NCBI GenBank assembly: GCA_965221775.1 | Contig: CBDCSU010000005.1 | Span: 992,001 to 1,056,000 of the forward strand | DNA from: Candidatus Latescibacterota bacterium | Lineage (GTDB): Bacteria > Latescibacterota > UBA2968 > UBA8231 | DNA: 64,000 bases | Reading direction: 5' to 3' | Shown here: positions 29,802 to 39,432 of the stretch, in pieces | Numbering within the stretch: the stretch's first letter is position 1 | Layout: each line of letters begins with the position of its first letter | Made by a program: the position numbers and the translations under genes | The notes under the pieces: model-generated | What the model saw: only the letters and a program-made list of their open reading frames with translations | Databases searched by the model: none | What the model was told of the DNA's origin: nothing

Positions 29802-30788
29802 CTACCCTCCTGCCCGCCGCTCGAGGATCTCCACCGCGGCCATGGCCCCGCCGTGCTCCGCCCACCCGAGAGGCGTGCCTCCGTGGGCGGCATCGACGAC
29901 CGTGGGATCGGCCCCCCGGTCGAGGAGCAGGTTCAGACAGTCGACGGCGTCGTGCTGCGCCGCCAGGTGCATGGCCACCGCCTGCACGCCGTGGCCCTCG
30001 CCTCCCCAGTCGTGGCGCAGGTCCGGGTCGGCGCCGTGGTCCAGCAGCCAGGCGGCGGCCTCCACCTTGTCGCTGTAGCAGGCCCAGAGCAGGGGCGTGC
30101 CGCGGAAGGGGTTGGCGTTGACATCGGCCCCGAGGTCGACGAGGACCTGCATCGATCCGCACTCGTTGTTGCGGGCGGCCCAGCAGAGGGCCTCGTCGAG
30201 GACCTCCTGGCGCTCGAAGGTCCGTTCCAAGGCCGGGAAGAAGACGGGCGCGTAGAAGTCCAGCCCCCCGAGGGCCGCTGGCGTGAGGTCGCCGCCGTGG
30301 CCGACGAAGCGGTCGAGGCCGCGGCCCAGGGCGGCGGCGGTCCGCAGGTTGTCGGGATAGACGGGTGCCAGGGCCTCGGCCATGTAGGCCTTGGCGTAGA
30401 AGAGTGCATACGAAAGGGGCGAGCCGCCTTCCCTGCCGTGGGCGTTCGCGTGGACCGAGGCCCCCGCCACGACCAGGCGACGCGCGAGGTCGATGTGACC
30501 GGCCATGCCGGCGGTGTGCAGCGGCGTCCAGCCATCGTCATCGGCGGCCGAGGGGTCGGCGCCGGCGGCGAGGATGCGGTCCACGGCGGCGTGCTGCGCC
30601 GGCGTGCCGGGCACGAGGGGAATGGCGATGTCGCCGGTGGCGGCCCGGCAGGCGAGGTCCAGCAGCGCGCGGCCGTGCCCGTCCCGCGCCGCGATCACCT
30701 CGGGGTGCTCGGACAGGATCCGCTCCAGGCCATCAAGATCGCCTGCGCGGGCGGCGGCGGACGCCCGGGTCAGGAGGGACTCGGCCAC
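29802..30788 (-). CDS. Ankyrin-repeat protein
   Basis: GWTPLHTA, GTPLLWA, LLDHGADP and GTPLGWA motifs. Start codon uncertain (GTG at 30788). Confidence 0.8.
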   Translation of the reverse strand: MAESLLTRASAAARAGDLDGLERILSEHPEVIAARDGHGRALLDLACRAATGDIAIPLVPGTPAQHAAVDRILAAGADPSAADDDGWTPLHTAGMAGHIDLARRLVVAGASVHANAHGREGGSPLSYALFYAKAYMAEALAPVYPDNLRTAAALGRGLDRFVGHGGDLTPAALGGLDFYAPVFFPALERTFERQEVLDEALCWAARNNECGSMQVLVDLGADVNANPFRGTPLLWACYSDKVEAAAWLLDHGADPDLRHDWGGEGHGVQAVAMHLAAQHDAVDCLNLLLDRGADPTVVDAAHGGTPLGWAEHGGAMAAVEILERRAGG

Positions 30789-30927
30789 GCCGGGTCCCGT
30801 TGATTCATGGTAAGTGGCCCACGGTCCTGCATCGCAGTCAGCGGCAGCCGTCCCAGACCAGGACCCACCATCATGCGGGAGTCCCGCTCTCTTGGTGCAT
30901 GTGTCGTGTCTCGCCCGATACCGGCTC

Positions 30928-31219
30928 GCGCCCAATAGAATGAAGGAACAGGGCCGCCGGGTTCCCGGGAAGGTTCCGTTCCGTGAGCAGCCGCGCGTCG
31001 GCGAGGTTGAGCGCCGCCCGGGGCAGGACCGACTCCGCCACGCCGGATCTCCCGTTCTCCTGTCGCCTCCCGGTCTTCCCCGGTTCAGGTCAACGGTTCA
31101 TCGGGTGGCGCCAATTCCGCATGGCGCCCGATAGAATGAAGGAACAGGGCGGCGGGGTTCCCGGGAAGGTTCCGTTCCGTGAGGAGCCGCGCGTCGGCGA
31201 GGTTGAGCGCCGCCCGGGG
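30928..31219. repeat. ~96-bp direct repeat: copy of the NRPS-like gene's 3' end (30928-31023 and 31124-31219)
   Basis: Near-identical sequence with four substitutions seen. Confidence 0.9.
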
Positions 31220-34200
31220 GCCGTGCTGCAGGATGAGTTGGGCCGCGGCGCAGACGTCCCCGAACCCCGGATCGCTCCGGGCGGCTTCGCAGCCGGCACC
31301 GCCTTGCGCCGCGGAGATCAGCGCGCTGGCCAGGGCGGGCAGCGGCAGGGGCTCGAGCTCCATCCCCAGGCCGCGCAGGCCGTCCAGCACCTGCGCCGCG
31401 GGCAGGGGTTCCATGGCGAGGTGGCGCACCGGCCTCTCTTTGGGCGGTCCCTTCTGCAGTCCGGAGATCAGCTCCCGGCAGACGGCATCCACCGGGGCGA
31501 GCTGCCAGCTCCAGTCCCCCTCGGGGAACACCCCCGCGGCGGCGAAGGCCCGCACCGCCGCGGTCAGGCGGTCCCGTGAGCTGACGGTTGCCCCGCCGGA
31601 GTCAGCCAGCAGGTGCGGGACCCGCACCACCGACACCGGCAGCCCCCGCTCGAAGGCCGACCACAGGAGCAGCTCCGCGCCGAGCTTGGAGAGGGAGTAG
31701 CCGTCGGCGCCCGAGGCTTCGAGGTGCGCGCCCAGGGAGCGCATGGCCTGCAGGCCGAAGGTCTCCTCGGGCCACGAGGTCTCCAGGGGGAAGACGGCGC
31801 TCGACGAGACGTTGTGGACCGGCGCGCCCCGGCGGAAGGCGAGGCGCAGCACCTCCCGCGTGCCGCCCACGTTGGCGGGCGCGAGGTCGGCGTACGAGGC
31901 GAAGGCGTCGAGGTCGGCGGCCAGGTGGAAGACGGCGTCGACCCTGTCGGCCAGGGCGGCGAAGGCATGGGGGGCGAGCCCCATCAGAGGTTTGGAGAGG
32001 TCGCCCGGGATGGCCTGGAGTCGCCCCGGGATGTCCCGGGCCTCGGTCCCGGGCAGGGGTCTCGACGGATCGGGCGGAACCGCCGTCGGACTCCCCGAAT
32101 GGCTCTTTCGGTCAGCAGCGCCAGGCCCGGGAGTAGAGCGATCGCCAGAAACCGTCTGCGGGCGCACCACAACGCTTGTCCGGCCCACAGTAGAGGACCC
32201 CCGCCTGGACGGATCTCCCGGGGCCGCCTCTGGCCGCTGGTCCGGAGCCCGCGCATCCAGGCCGGGCCTCGACGGATCTCCCGGGGTCGCCTCTGGCCGC
32301 TGGTCCGGACCCCGCGCATCCAGGCCGAGCTCCTCGTGCCGCTCCAGCGCCCGGTCCAGCCGCCGGCGGGCGAGGCCCTCGTCCTCGGCCCGTACCAGGG
32401 CGAGAACGTCCACCGAAGTCGTGCGCAGCAGCGCCTTCACGAAAGCCGCCCCGAGAGACCCCGTCGCGCCCGTCACCAGCACGGTCCGCGCCGGAGTCCG
32501 GGGTTCGGCGCCAGGGGCTGGAGGAGCGTCGATCTCCAGCTCGGGCGGGGTCCATTTCGACGGCGGTTCCATGCCCTGCTGGTCCCGCAGGCAGCGGGCC
32601 AGATCCACAGGAGTCGGGTGCCGGTAGAGGTCGGCGACCGCCACGCGGCGCCCGGTGGCCTGGTGCAGGAGCCCGCAGAGTCGGACCGCCCGGAGGGAGT
32701 GGCCGCCGCTGGCCTCGAAGTCGTCCCGCGGGCCGATGGCGGGATCGTCGAGGGCCTGCCGGAAGGCGGCGAGGACCTGCCGCTGCAGAGGATCCGCCTC
32801 GGAGCGCGGGTTCGGCGATACGCGAGAGTTCCGTGCCGTCAGGCGCAACCGGCGGCGGTCGACTTTCCCCGAGGGCAGGAGCGGCAGCTCGTCGACCGGG
32901 ATGAAGCGGGCCGGCGCGGCCTGTGGCGGCAGCCGGGAAGCGACGTAGGGGCGCAGCTCGCGGTCGAGGTCCGCGGCCTCCGCGCCCTCCGGCCCCGGGA
33001 CGACGTAGGCCTCCAGCTCCGTCTCCCCCCGGTGGCCGGTCTCCGCCGTGACGCAGGCCCGGCGGACCAGCGGGTGTTCCTCCACGACCTGCTCGATGCG
33101 GGCGGGCTCCACCCACGAGCCGCGGATCTTGAGGCCGCTGTCGCAGCGCCCCAGGATCTCCAGCTCGCCGCCGGGGTGGAGCACCCCCAGGTCGCCGGTG
33201 TCGAAGACGCGCGCCGGGCGGAAGCTCCCGTCGGCCGCCGGCAGGTCCACCTCGAGAAAGCCGTCGCCCTCTTCCCCGCCGGAACCGTGACAGGCGCGGG
33301 CCAGGGCGCCGCCGCCCACCAGGATCCGTCCCGGGCTGCCCACGGGCACGAGGCGGGAGGGATCGTCCGGCTCGCAGAGGTGGACCTCGGCGAAGTCCGC
33401 CACCACGCCGCAGGTGATCTCCTTCCCCGGCCGCAACTCGCCCCCGGCGACATCGTGGCACTCCGCCGTCGAGTAGAGATTGCCGATCCGCACCGCCGGC
33501 AGCTCCTTCCAAGCGCGCTCCACGATGGCCGGCGCGGCGATCTCGCCGCACAGGACCAGCAGACGCAGGCGCCGCAGGGCCTCCACCCCTTCCCCGCAGT
33601 CGAGACAGGCTCCCAGCAGACTCGGCGTCATCATGATCCGCGTGATCCCGAAGCGCACGATGGCCGAGGCCAGGGCGAAGAGGTCCCGCATGGTCTCGTC
33701 GCGGACCAGCACTACCGGGACGCCACGGCACAGGGCCGGCACCACGTCCCAGATCCCGAAGATGTTGCAGCCCACCACGTCCCTCGCCGCGTCGAAGGGC
33801 CAGAGCCGGCCGCGCCAGGCGTGGGAGAGCATGGACCCCGCATGATCGGTGGCCACCATCCTGGGGATGCCCGTGCGGGTGCCGGAGGTGAAGGCGAGGT
33901 GCGCCGTGCGCCGCGGGTCGGGATCCGGGAAGACGGCGCCTGCGCTGTCAGGCAGCGGGTCCGCCTCGTCCTCGATCCAGATCCGGGGTACCCCTTCCGC
34001 CAGTGAACAGGGCAGGTCCGCGGCGATGCGCCGCGAGGTGACCAGCGCACCGAGGGGCGCCAGCCCCGGCACCTGCTCCGGGAGCACCCGCCGACCCGGC
34101 TGCAGCGGCACGTAGGGGAGGCCCGCCTTCAGGCAGGCGAAGTAGGTGATCACCCTGCCGGCGTCGTTCTCCAGCAGGACGCCGACACCCGGCTGCCCCG

Positions 34201-34432
34201 GGCGACCCTGGCAACGCTTCAGCAGGGCTACGGCAAGGGCGTCGACGGCGGAGCGTAGTTCCGCATAGGTCAAGTACCCGCTCTCGTCGACGAGGATGGC
34301 CCTGTCGGGGGTCCGGCCGGCCTGCCGCTCGAAGGCGGAGTGGATGCAGTCAGCGGCGGCGCTCGCCTCGGTGCGCGACGGGCGGATGTCCTGGTACCAG
34401 GGGAGGGCGGTGCTGGAGAGGGGCGGGGGCAT
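31085..34432 (-). CDS. Single-module NRPS-like A-T-R reductase (carboxylic acid reductase type)
   Basis: A domain: FTSGT.TG.P, DTGDLG, GR.D..LKIRG, PSGKVDR. T domain: GGHSL. R domain: VTGATGSLG, YSLSK. Confidence 0.88.
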   Translation of the reverse strand: MPPPLSSTALPWYQDIRPSRTEASAAADCIHSAFERQAGRTPDRAILVDESGYLTYAELRSAVDALAVALLKRCQGRPGQPGVGVLLENDAGRVITYFACLKAGLPYVPLQPGRRVLPEQVPGLAPLGALVTSRRIAADLPCSLAEGVPRIWIEDEADPLPDSAGAVFPDPDPRRTAHLAFTSGTRTGIPRMVATDHAGSMLSHAWRGRLWPFDAARDVVGCNIFGIWDVVPALCRGVPVVLVRDETMRDLFALASAIVRFGITRIMMTPSLLGACLDCGEGVEALRRLRLLVLCGEIAAPAIVERAWKELPAVRIGNLYSTAECHDVAGGELRPGKEITCGVVADFAEVHLCEPDDPSRLVPVGSPGRILVGGGALARACHGSGGEEGDGFLEVDLPAADGSFRPARVFDTGDLGVLHPGGELEILGRCDSGLKIRGSWVEPARIEQVVEEHPLVRRACVTAETGHRGETELEAYVVPGPEGAEAADLDRELRPYVASRLPPQAAPARFIPVDELPLLPSGKVDRRRLRLTARNSRVSPNPRSEADPLQRQVLAAFRQALDDPAIGPRDDFEASGGHSLRAVRLCGLLHQATGRRVAVADLYRHPTPVDLARCLRDQQGMEPPSKWTPPELEIDAPPAPGAEPRTPARTVLVTGATGSLGAAFVKALLRTTSVDVLALVRAEDEGLARRRLDRALERHEELGLDARGPDQRPEATPGDPSRPGLDARAPDQRPEAAPGDPSRRGSSTVGRTSVVVRPQTVSGDRSTPGPGAADRKSHSGSPTAVPPDPSRPLPGTEARDIPGRLQAIPGDLSKPLMGLAPHAFAALADRVDAVFHLAADLDAFASYADLAPANVGGTREVLRLAFRRGAPVHNVSSSAVFPLETSWPEETFGLQAMRSLGAHLEASGADGYSLSKLGAELLLWSAFERGLPVSVVRVPHLLADSGGATVSSRDRLTAAVRAFAAAGVFPEGDWSWQLAPVDAVCRELISGLQKGPPKERPVRHLAMEPLPAAQVLDGLRGLGMELEPLPLPALASALISAAQGGAGCEAARSDPGFGDVCAAAQLILQHGPRAALNLADARLLTERNLPGNPAALFLHSIGRHAELAPPDEPLT
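32208..32327. repeat. 63-bp-period intragenic tandem repeat (2 copies) in the R domain
   Basis: gacggatctcccgggg...caggccg starts at 32208 and 32271 and encodes GLDARxPDQRPEAxPGDPSR twice. Confidence 0.9.
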
Positions 34433-34478
34433 CGTGGTGGGTGGGAGGTACGTCGGCCGGCCAGTCCCAGAGAGGGAC

Positions 34479-34805
34479 TCAGGCCTGCAAGAGGCGCCGC
34501 TGCAGCAACGTCTGCATGTCACGCCGCCCATCGGCGATCACGAGGACATGGACGTTCTCTTCCATCACCCGGTAGATGATGCGGTAGGGCCTGGAATGGA
34601 CCTCGCGGTATTCCCGGACCCCGACGTCCAGCAGTTCCCTCGGGTGATTGCCGCGCTCGGGATACTCGGAAAGACGGCCGAAAGCCTTCTCGATCTGCTC
34701 CAGCACATGATTCGCCCGACCCGGCGAGTCATGCCGATCGATGTAGTCGCAGATCTCCTCCAGGTCGTGCGCCGCGTCATCGGTCAAGTGGACCAGGAAA
34801 GACAT
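34479..34805 (-). CDS. RelE/ParE-family toxin
   Basis: LTDDAAHDLEEI, LSEYPERG, YRIIYRV and DGRRD motifs. TGATG overlap with the antitoxin. Confidence 0.88.
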   Translation of the reverse strand: MSFLVHLTDDAAHDLEEICDYIDRHDSPGRANHVLEQIEKAFGRLSEYPERGNHPRELLDVGVREYREVHSRPYRIIYRVMEENVHVLVIADGRRDMQTLLQRRLLQA

Positions 34806-35080
34806 CACCCGGCCTGTCGCTGCTCCCGGAGTCGAGCGATCACGTCGGCGGCCGGCTGCACCTGACCCGCTTCGATCTGGCGGTTCCCCAGCGCGAGGAT
34901 CTTGAGCAACGCCACGGTCTCCTGCATCCGCTCGTAGCTGTCGATGTCCTGCACCACCACCTTGGCTTCGCCACTCTGGGTGATGATCAGGGGTTCCTGC
35001 TGCTCCCCGAGGGTTCGCACGATCTCGGCAGCGTGCGCCTTGAGGTAACTGATCGGCTTGATCTGACTGGACAGCTTCAT
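34805..35080 (-). CDS. Phd/YefM-family antitoxin
   Basis: IKPISYLKAHAAEI and PLIITQSGEAKVVV motifs. Confidence 0.9.
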   Translation of the reverse strand: MKLSSQIKPISYLKAHAAEIVRTLGEQQEPLIITQSGEAKVVVQDIDSYERMQETVALLKILALGNRQIEAGQVQPAADVIARLREQRQAG

Positions 35081-35162
35081 GGGCCACCTCCTTGTCCGGA
35101 CCGAATATGGACCATCAACAGGTCAAGTCAAGGCCCGCCGGTCCCGAGAGCAAAGAAAGCAC

Positions 35163-35217
35163 TTGCCCAAACCCAGGCAGGTCAGTATCGTATCACTGTA
35201 TTATCTCACTAATACAG
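35163..35217 (+). promoter_or_regulatory. Sigma70-like promoter plus palindromic operator for the GntR/YtrA operon
   Basis: TTGCCC-N17-TATCGT (35163-35191) and a perfect inverted repeat CTGTATTA-N6-TAATACAG (35196-35217). Confidence 0.65.
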
Positions 35218-35264
35218 CAATGCCGAAACCGCTACGGATCGTAACCGCGGAAGGACCTGATCAT

Positions 35265-35668
35265 ATGGGAGCGTCCCCATCCTGCACCTGACCCTGGACC
35301 CCTCCAGCGGGGTCCCCATCTACCTGCAGGTCATCGAGCAGGTCAAGTACCAGATCGCCACCCGGGTGCTCCGGCCGCACGACGAGCTCCCGTCGGTGCG
35401 CGCCCTGGCCGGGCAGTACCTGATCAACCCGAACACGGTGGCGCGGGCCTACCGCGAGCTGGAACACGGCGGGCTCATCTACAAGAAGCGGGGCATGGGC
35501 ACCTACGTGGCCGAGAGGAAGGTGACCATGAGCCGGAAGGAACGGTTCGCGATCGTGCGGCAACTGCTCGACAAGGCCCTGGTGCAGGCCGTCGAGCTGG
35601 GGATGAGCCCCGCGGAGATGCGCCAGGTCTTCCGTGAGCAACTGCACCAGTTCGGTGAAGAGAGATGA
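35265..35668 (+). CDS. GntR (YtrA subfamily) regulator, apparent frameshift just after the start
   Basis: LDPSSGVPIYLQV, LPSVR and INPNTVARAY motifs. The RBS-preceded ATG at 35265 is in frame only if one more C is added to CCCC at 35275-35278. Confidence 0.8.
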
Positions 35669-36555
35669 CTGATGCCGCCATCGCCATGGATGGCCTGACC
35701 CACCGGTTCGGAAAGACCGCCGCCCTGGAGGATCTCGACCTCGAGGTTCCCACCGGAGCGGTCTGCGGCTTCTTGGGGCGCAACGGGGCCGGAAAGACCA
35801 CGGCCATCAGAATCCTGATGAACCAGCTCCGCCCAACGGCCGGACGGACGGAAGTGCTGGGACTGGACCCGGCGCGGGATTCGCTGGCGCTGCGGCGCCA
35901 GGTGGGGTACGTCTCCGAGAGTCCGGTCATGTACGGGTGGATGAAGGTGCGCGAGCTGGCCTGGTTCGCCGGGCAGTTCTACGACACCTGGGATTCGGCA
36001 AAGGTCGCGGGCATGATCGAACGCTTCGGCCTCGATCCGGAGCAGAAGGTCAAGCACCTCTCCCGCGGCATGAACGCCCAGCTCGCCCTCGCCCTGGCCC
36101 TGGGACACGACCCTCGCCTGCTGATCCTCGACGAGCCCGCCTCCGGGCTGGACGTGGTGGTCCGTCGCGACTTCCTGGAGGGCATCATCGGCCTCATCCA
36201 GGAGGAGGGGCGGACCGTCTTCATGTCGTCCCACCTGGTGCACGAAGTGGAACGCGTGGCCGACCGGGTCGCCATCATCGAGCGAGGCCGCCTGGTCGCC
36301 GAGGGGCCGGTGGACGAGGTGAAGGGCTCGGTCAAGCGTGTGTCGGTCCGCCTGCCGGAGGACGCGGGGCCATTGACCGGGATCCCCGGACTGGGGGAGG
36401 TGCGCGGAACGGGGGCGCACCAGCTGTTGACGGTGGTGGGCTACGGCGAGGAACAGGCCGCCCGCATCCAGGCCCAGGGCGGACGCATCGTCGAGGTGGA
36501 GGACCTGGGGCTGGAGGAGGCTTTCCTGGCCTACGCAAGGGCAGGTGGAGGATGA
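35665..36555 (+). CDS. ABC transporter ATP-binding subunit (YtrB-like)
   Basis: GRNGAGKTT, LSRGM, ILDEPASGLD and SSH motifs. Confidence 0.9.
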   Translation: MTDAAIAMDGLTHRFGKTAALEDLDLEVPTGAVCGFLGRNGAGKTTAIRILMNQLRPTAGRTEVLGLDPARDSLALRRQVGYVSESPVMYGWMKVRELAWFAGQFYDTWDSAKVAGMIERFGLDPEQKVKHLSRGMNAQLALALALGHDPRLLILDEPASGLDVVVRRDFLEGIIGLIQEEGRTVFMSSHLVHEVERVADRVAIIERGRLVAEGPVDEVKGSVKRVSVRLPEDAGPLTGIPGLGEVRGTGAHQLLTVVGYGEEQAARIQAQGGRIVEVEDLGLEEAFLAYARAGGG

Positions 36556-38603
36556 GGGCCATGAGTCCGATAGGTGCTCTTCTGTGGAAGGAAGGACGGG
36601 CGGCAGCTGGCAGGGTAGCCGCCGTTGCCGGCCTGGCCCTGCTTGTCGGACTGGCCCATACCGACAGCGACTTCTCCCCCCAGGCGGGAGCCCAACTGGT
36701 AGGCGTCCTCGCCGCCCTTCTGATGAGCATGGACCTGGTGGCGGGTGAACGCAGCCGCGGGACCCTGCCCTTCCTGTCGAATCTGCCGGTGAGGACGGCC
36801 TGGGTGCTGGGGGGCAAGTACGCAGTCGGCGCCGCGGGGCTCCTTGTCGTTCTGGCCGCGTACTGGGCCGGGGTCTACCTCGGGATGTCCTACTGGGGGG
36901 ATTGGAGCCGTGGGCATCCCCTGCGACACCCACTCGCAAGGGAAGTCTTCACGGAGGTCGGGTACGGCCGGATTCTGTTGCTCTGGTTCCTGTTCTACCT
37001 GATCCCGTACTCGGGTGCGTTCCTCTCGTCCACATTGAGCAACCGCCCCCTCCAAGCCGCCGGGACCGGCTTGCTGACAGCTTTCGTCGGGGGGTTCCTC
37101 CTCAATCGCGCTAGAGACCTGTCTGATCCAGTGTCCCTTTACTTCGGGCAGATCCTGGAGAATGGCTTCTACGATGGCTTGATCCTGCGGCCGGCCTTCG
37201 ATCCAGCGCTGCTGCTTGCCAGGGCCGCAACGGCACTCCTGCTGGCAGGTTGCGTGGTGGGCTGGTCCTGCCGTGCCTTCCGAGGCCAGGGGAGCCGTCG
37301 CTTCCACTGGATCATGGGTGCCCTGGCCCTGATCTGCCTGATCGTCACGTACGGGTCGCGGTGGGTCCCTCCCGAGCCCGAACCGGCCGAACCTGCGGGC
37401 CGTCTCCCCCATCTTGTGGGCCTGGTTCCCTATCGAGCAGGCATCGTGGAACTGGTGGTGAGAGACAGAATGGCGATGGTGCTGCTGACATCGGGGCTGA
37501 GCATCGTGGACGTGTCGGACTCGCAGGCTCCGAGGGAAGTCGGGCGGGTGGAAATGGAAGGTTGGCGACTGCACAGTCTGGCCGTTTCAGCCTCCGCAGC
37601 GTATGTCTGGGGATGGACTGGGAAACAGGACAGTGCTGGGGTGGCCGTATTCGACCTGAGCCGGCCTGAGCGCCCCCGGCTGCGAGCTCAGCACCTGATC
37701 CATCCCGTCGAGCCGGGCCCCACCCGCTGGCTCAGGCAGACTCCCCGCCTGACGACCTGGACCGTCCGCGAGGGATACCTGTACGCCGGCCTGCTCGCCC
37801 GCGAGTTCCTCGAGCTGCACAGCTTCGACGTACGTGAAGGCGGCCTCCCTCGACCGGTCCAGGTGCTGCGGATCGAAGAGACGGCCAGGCATGTCTGGAA
37901 TGACGACTGGGAGATGCACCTGGAGGGCGAGAACGCCTTCCTGACCCTGGGCCACGACTTCGTGGTCCTCGATCTGACCGACCCCGCGGCCATGGGAGAG
38001 CTGGGCCGGACCTCCCTGCGCCGATTCGGCCGCTCCGCCAGGCAGTATGAAGAGCAGATGGAAGCACTCCACCTCCAGCTGGCTCAACTACAGCGGGCTC
38101 AACTGCCGGTCGAGACTGCCTTTGTGGTGAGAAGCCGTGGAGGGCCAGAGGTACACCTGGAGAACGAGGGTGCCCGCAGCCAGCGCACCCAATGGATTTA
38201 CGTGCCCCAGGCCTTGGGGACCGTCTCCCTGAAAGGAGACAAGGCATACGTCCTTCGCCACTGGCCCCGGGAGCTGGCCGTAATCGACATCGGCGATCCC
38301 CAACGACCGATGGAAGTCGACTACGTCCGGCTTCCACGGTGGATCGCGGAGACATCCTCTGGCCGGGCGTACCAACTGATCCAGGAAGAGACCGTCTCAA
38401 TGTCGATGACCATATCAGGGCGGGATGACGCGGGCCGGGGCTCCGTGCCCCGGACCTGGCTCCAGCTCGGGGGCCAGCGAGGGCAGGGGGAGCCTGTCAC
38501 CCTCAGCTTTCCCAAAGCCGAGGTCTTTCCGGTGGACGACCACCTGTGCACCATCCTGCACAACAACCTTGCCATCTTCGAGATGCCGCCGGCGGAGCCA
38601 TAG
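36552..38603 (+). CDS. ABC-2-type permease fused to an LVIVD-repeat beta-propeller
   Basis: ERSRGTLPFL..LPV permease motif and TM helices, followed by repeats SIVDVSD..AP, AVFDLSRP, VVLDLTDP and AVIDIGDP. Confidence 0.7.
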   Translation: MRAMSPIGALLWKEGRAAAGRVAAVAGLALLVGLAHTDSDFSPQAGAQLVGVLAALLMSMDLVAGERSRGTLPFLSNLPVRTAWVLGGKYAVGAAGLLVVLAAYWAGVYLGMSYWGDWSRGHPLRHPLAREVFTEVGYGRILLLWFLFYLIPYSGAFLSSTLSNRPLQAAGTGLLTAFVGGFLLNRARDLSDPVSLYFGQILENGFYDGLILRPAFDPALLLARAATALLLAGCVVGWSCRAFRGQGSRRFHWIMGALALICLIVTYGSRWVPPEPEPAEPAGRLPHLVGLVPYRAGIVELVVRDRMAMVLLTSGLSIVDVSDSQAPREVGRVEMEGWRLHSLAVSASAAYVWGWTGKQDSAGVAVFDLSRPERPRLRAQHLIHPVEPGPTRWLRQTPRLTTWTVREGYLYAGLLAREFLELHSFDVREGGLPRPVQVLRIEETARHVWNDDWEMHLEGENAFLTLGHDFVVLDLTDPAAMGELGRTSLRRFGRSARQYEEQMEALHLQLAQLQRAQLPVETAFVVRSRGGPEVHLENEGARSQRTQWIYVPQALGTVSLKGDKAYVLRHWPRELAVIDIGDPQRPMEVDYVRLPRWIAETSSGRAYQLIQEETVSMSMTISGRDDAGRGSVPRTWLQLGGQRGQGEPVTLSFPKAEVFPVDDHLCTILHNNLAIFEMPPAEP

Positions 38604-38632
38604 GAGCAGAAGGGCAGCCTCCGCGGGTCTCC

Positions 38633-39382
38633 TCAGGGCGTGGGCAGTACCACGGGCGCAGGACTGGTTAAGACCGACTCCGGCAACTCCTCAAAGACAG
38701 CCACACCCGTGTGCCCGCGCTCGCCGCGGCCGTCGGAGAGCAGGATCGATCCATACCGCTGCCAGTTGGTCCAAGGGCCGGTGAAGCGCGGCTCCGCGTC
38801 GGCCGCCTCCCGGTAGAAGGCCCACTGGGTCACCAGCCGTGACTCCTGGTCGATCCAGACGGCGTACTTGTTCTGCGGGGTGACGCCCACGTCCCTGAAG
38901 GTCAGCTCCACCACCTCGGCCGGGCGACCGTCCTCGATGGCCTCCAGTCCCCGGTAGCGCAGGGTGACTCCCGTGTCCTTGAGCTTGTAGGGCATGACCA
39001 GCCAGTACGAGTCGTTGATCCAGGCGCGGTAGCCCTGATCCAGCTTCGCCGCCAGGGTGTCGGGATCGCTGATCTCCACGCCGGCGGAGAAGGCGCGTCC
39101 CTCCTTGCTGTGGATGTTCATCAGCACCGTCAGGTCGTCGTGCTCGAAGCGGATGTCCCCGGTCCACCTGTCCCACACGTGAAGGCGGAAGCCGAAGAAG
39201 CGCCAGCTGATGTAGCGGGTGGCGTCCCAGTTGGCGCGTCCGCCCATGGCGGCCATGACCTCGTCGGCCAGGGCGATCGCCTTCGGGTCGGAACCGGCGG
39301 CGTCGAAGCCGGGGGCGGGAGGATTGTCGGCGGCGTGGGCGACGCCGATCCAGAGCAAGGAGGCGAGGAGTGAGCGCAACAT
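38633..39382 (-). CDS. Exported hypothetical protein (DUF6503-like)
   Basis: Signal peptide ending VAHA. AMGG..NW, WINDSYWLVMPYKLKD.GV and GVTP.NKY motifs. Confidence 0.65.
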   Translation of the reverse strand: MLRSLLASLLWIGVAHAADNPPAPGFDAAGSDPKAIALADEVMAAMGGRANWDATRYISWRFFGFRLHVWDRWTGDIRFEHDDLTVLMNIHSKEGRAFSAGVEISDPDTLAAKLDQGYRAWINDSYWLVMPYKLKDTGVTLRYRGLEAIEDGRPAEVVELTFRDVGVTPQNKYAVWIDQESRLVTQWAFYREAADAEPRFTGPWTNWQRYGSILLSDGRGERGHTGVAVFEELPESVLTSPAPVVLPTP

Positions 39383-39432
39383 GAAGACTCCTTCGGCTGT
39401 GGTGATCTGGGTACGTGTCCGGTCGCGCAGAG

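Noticed and set aside
30928-31219. Possible DGR template/variable repeat pair
   Set aside because: Mismatches are synonymous and not adenine-specific, and there is no reverse transcriptase in the window.
35275-35278. Phase-variable tract (also 15339-15340)
   Set aside because: Runs of 2-4 C are too short for slipped-strand switching. Sequencing error or point inactivation is more likely.
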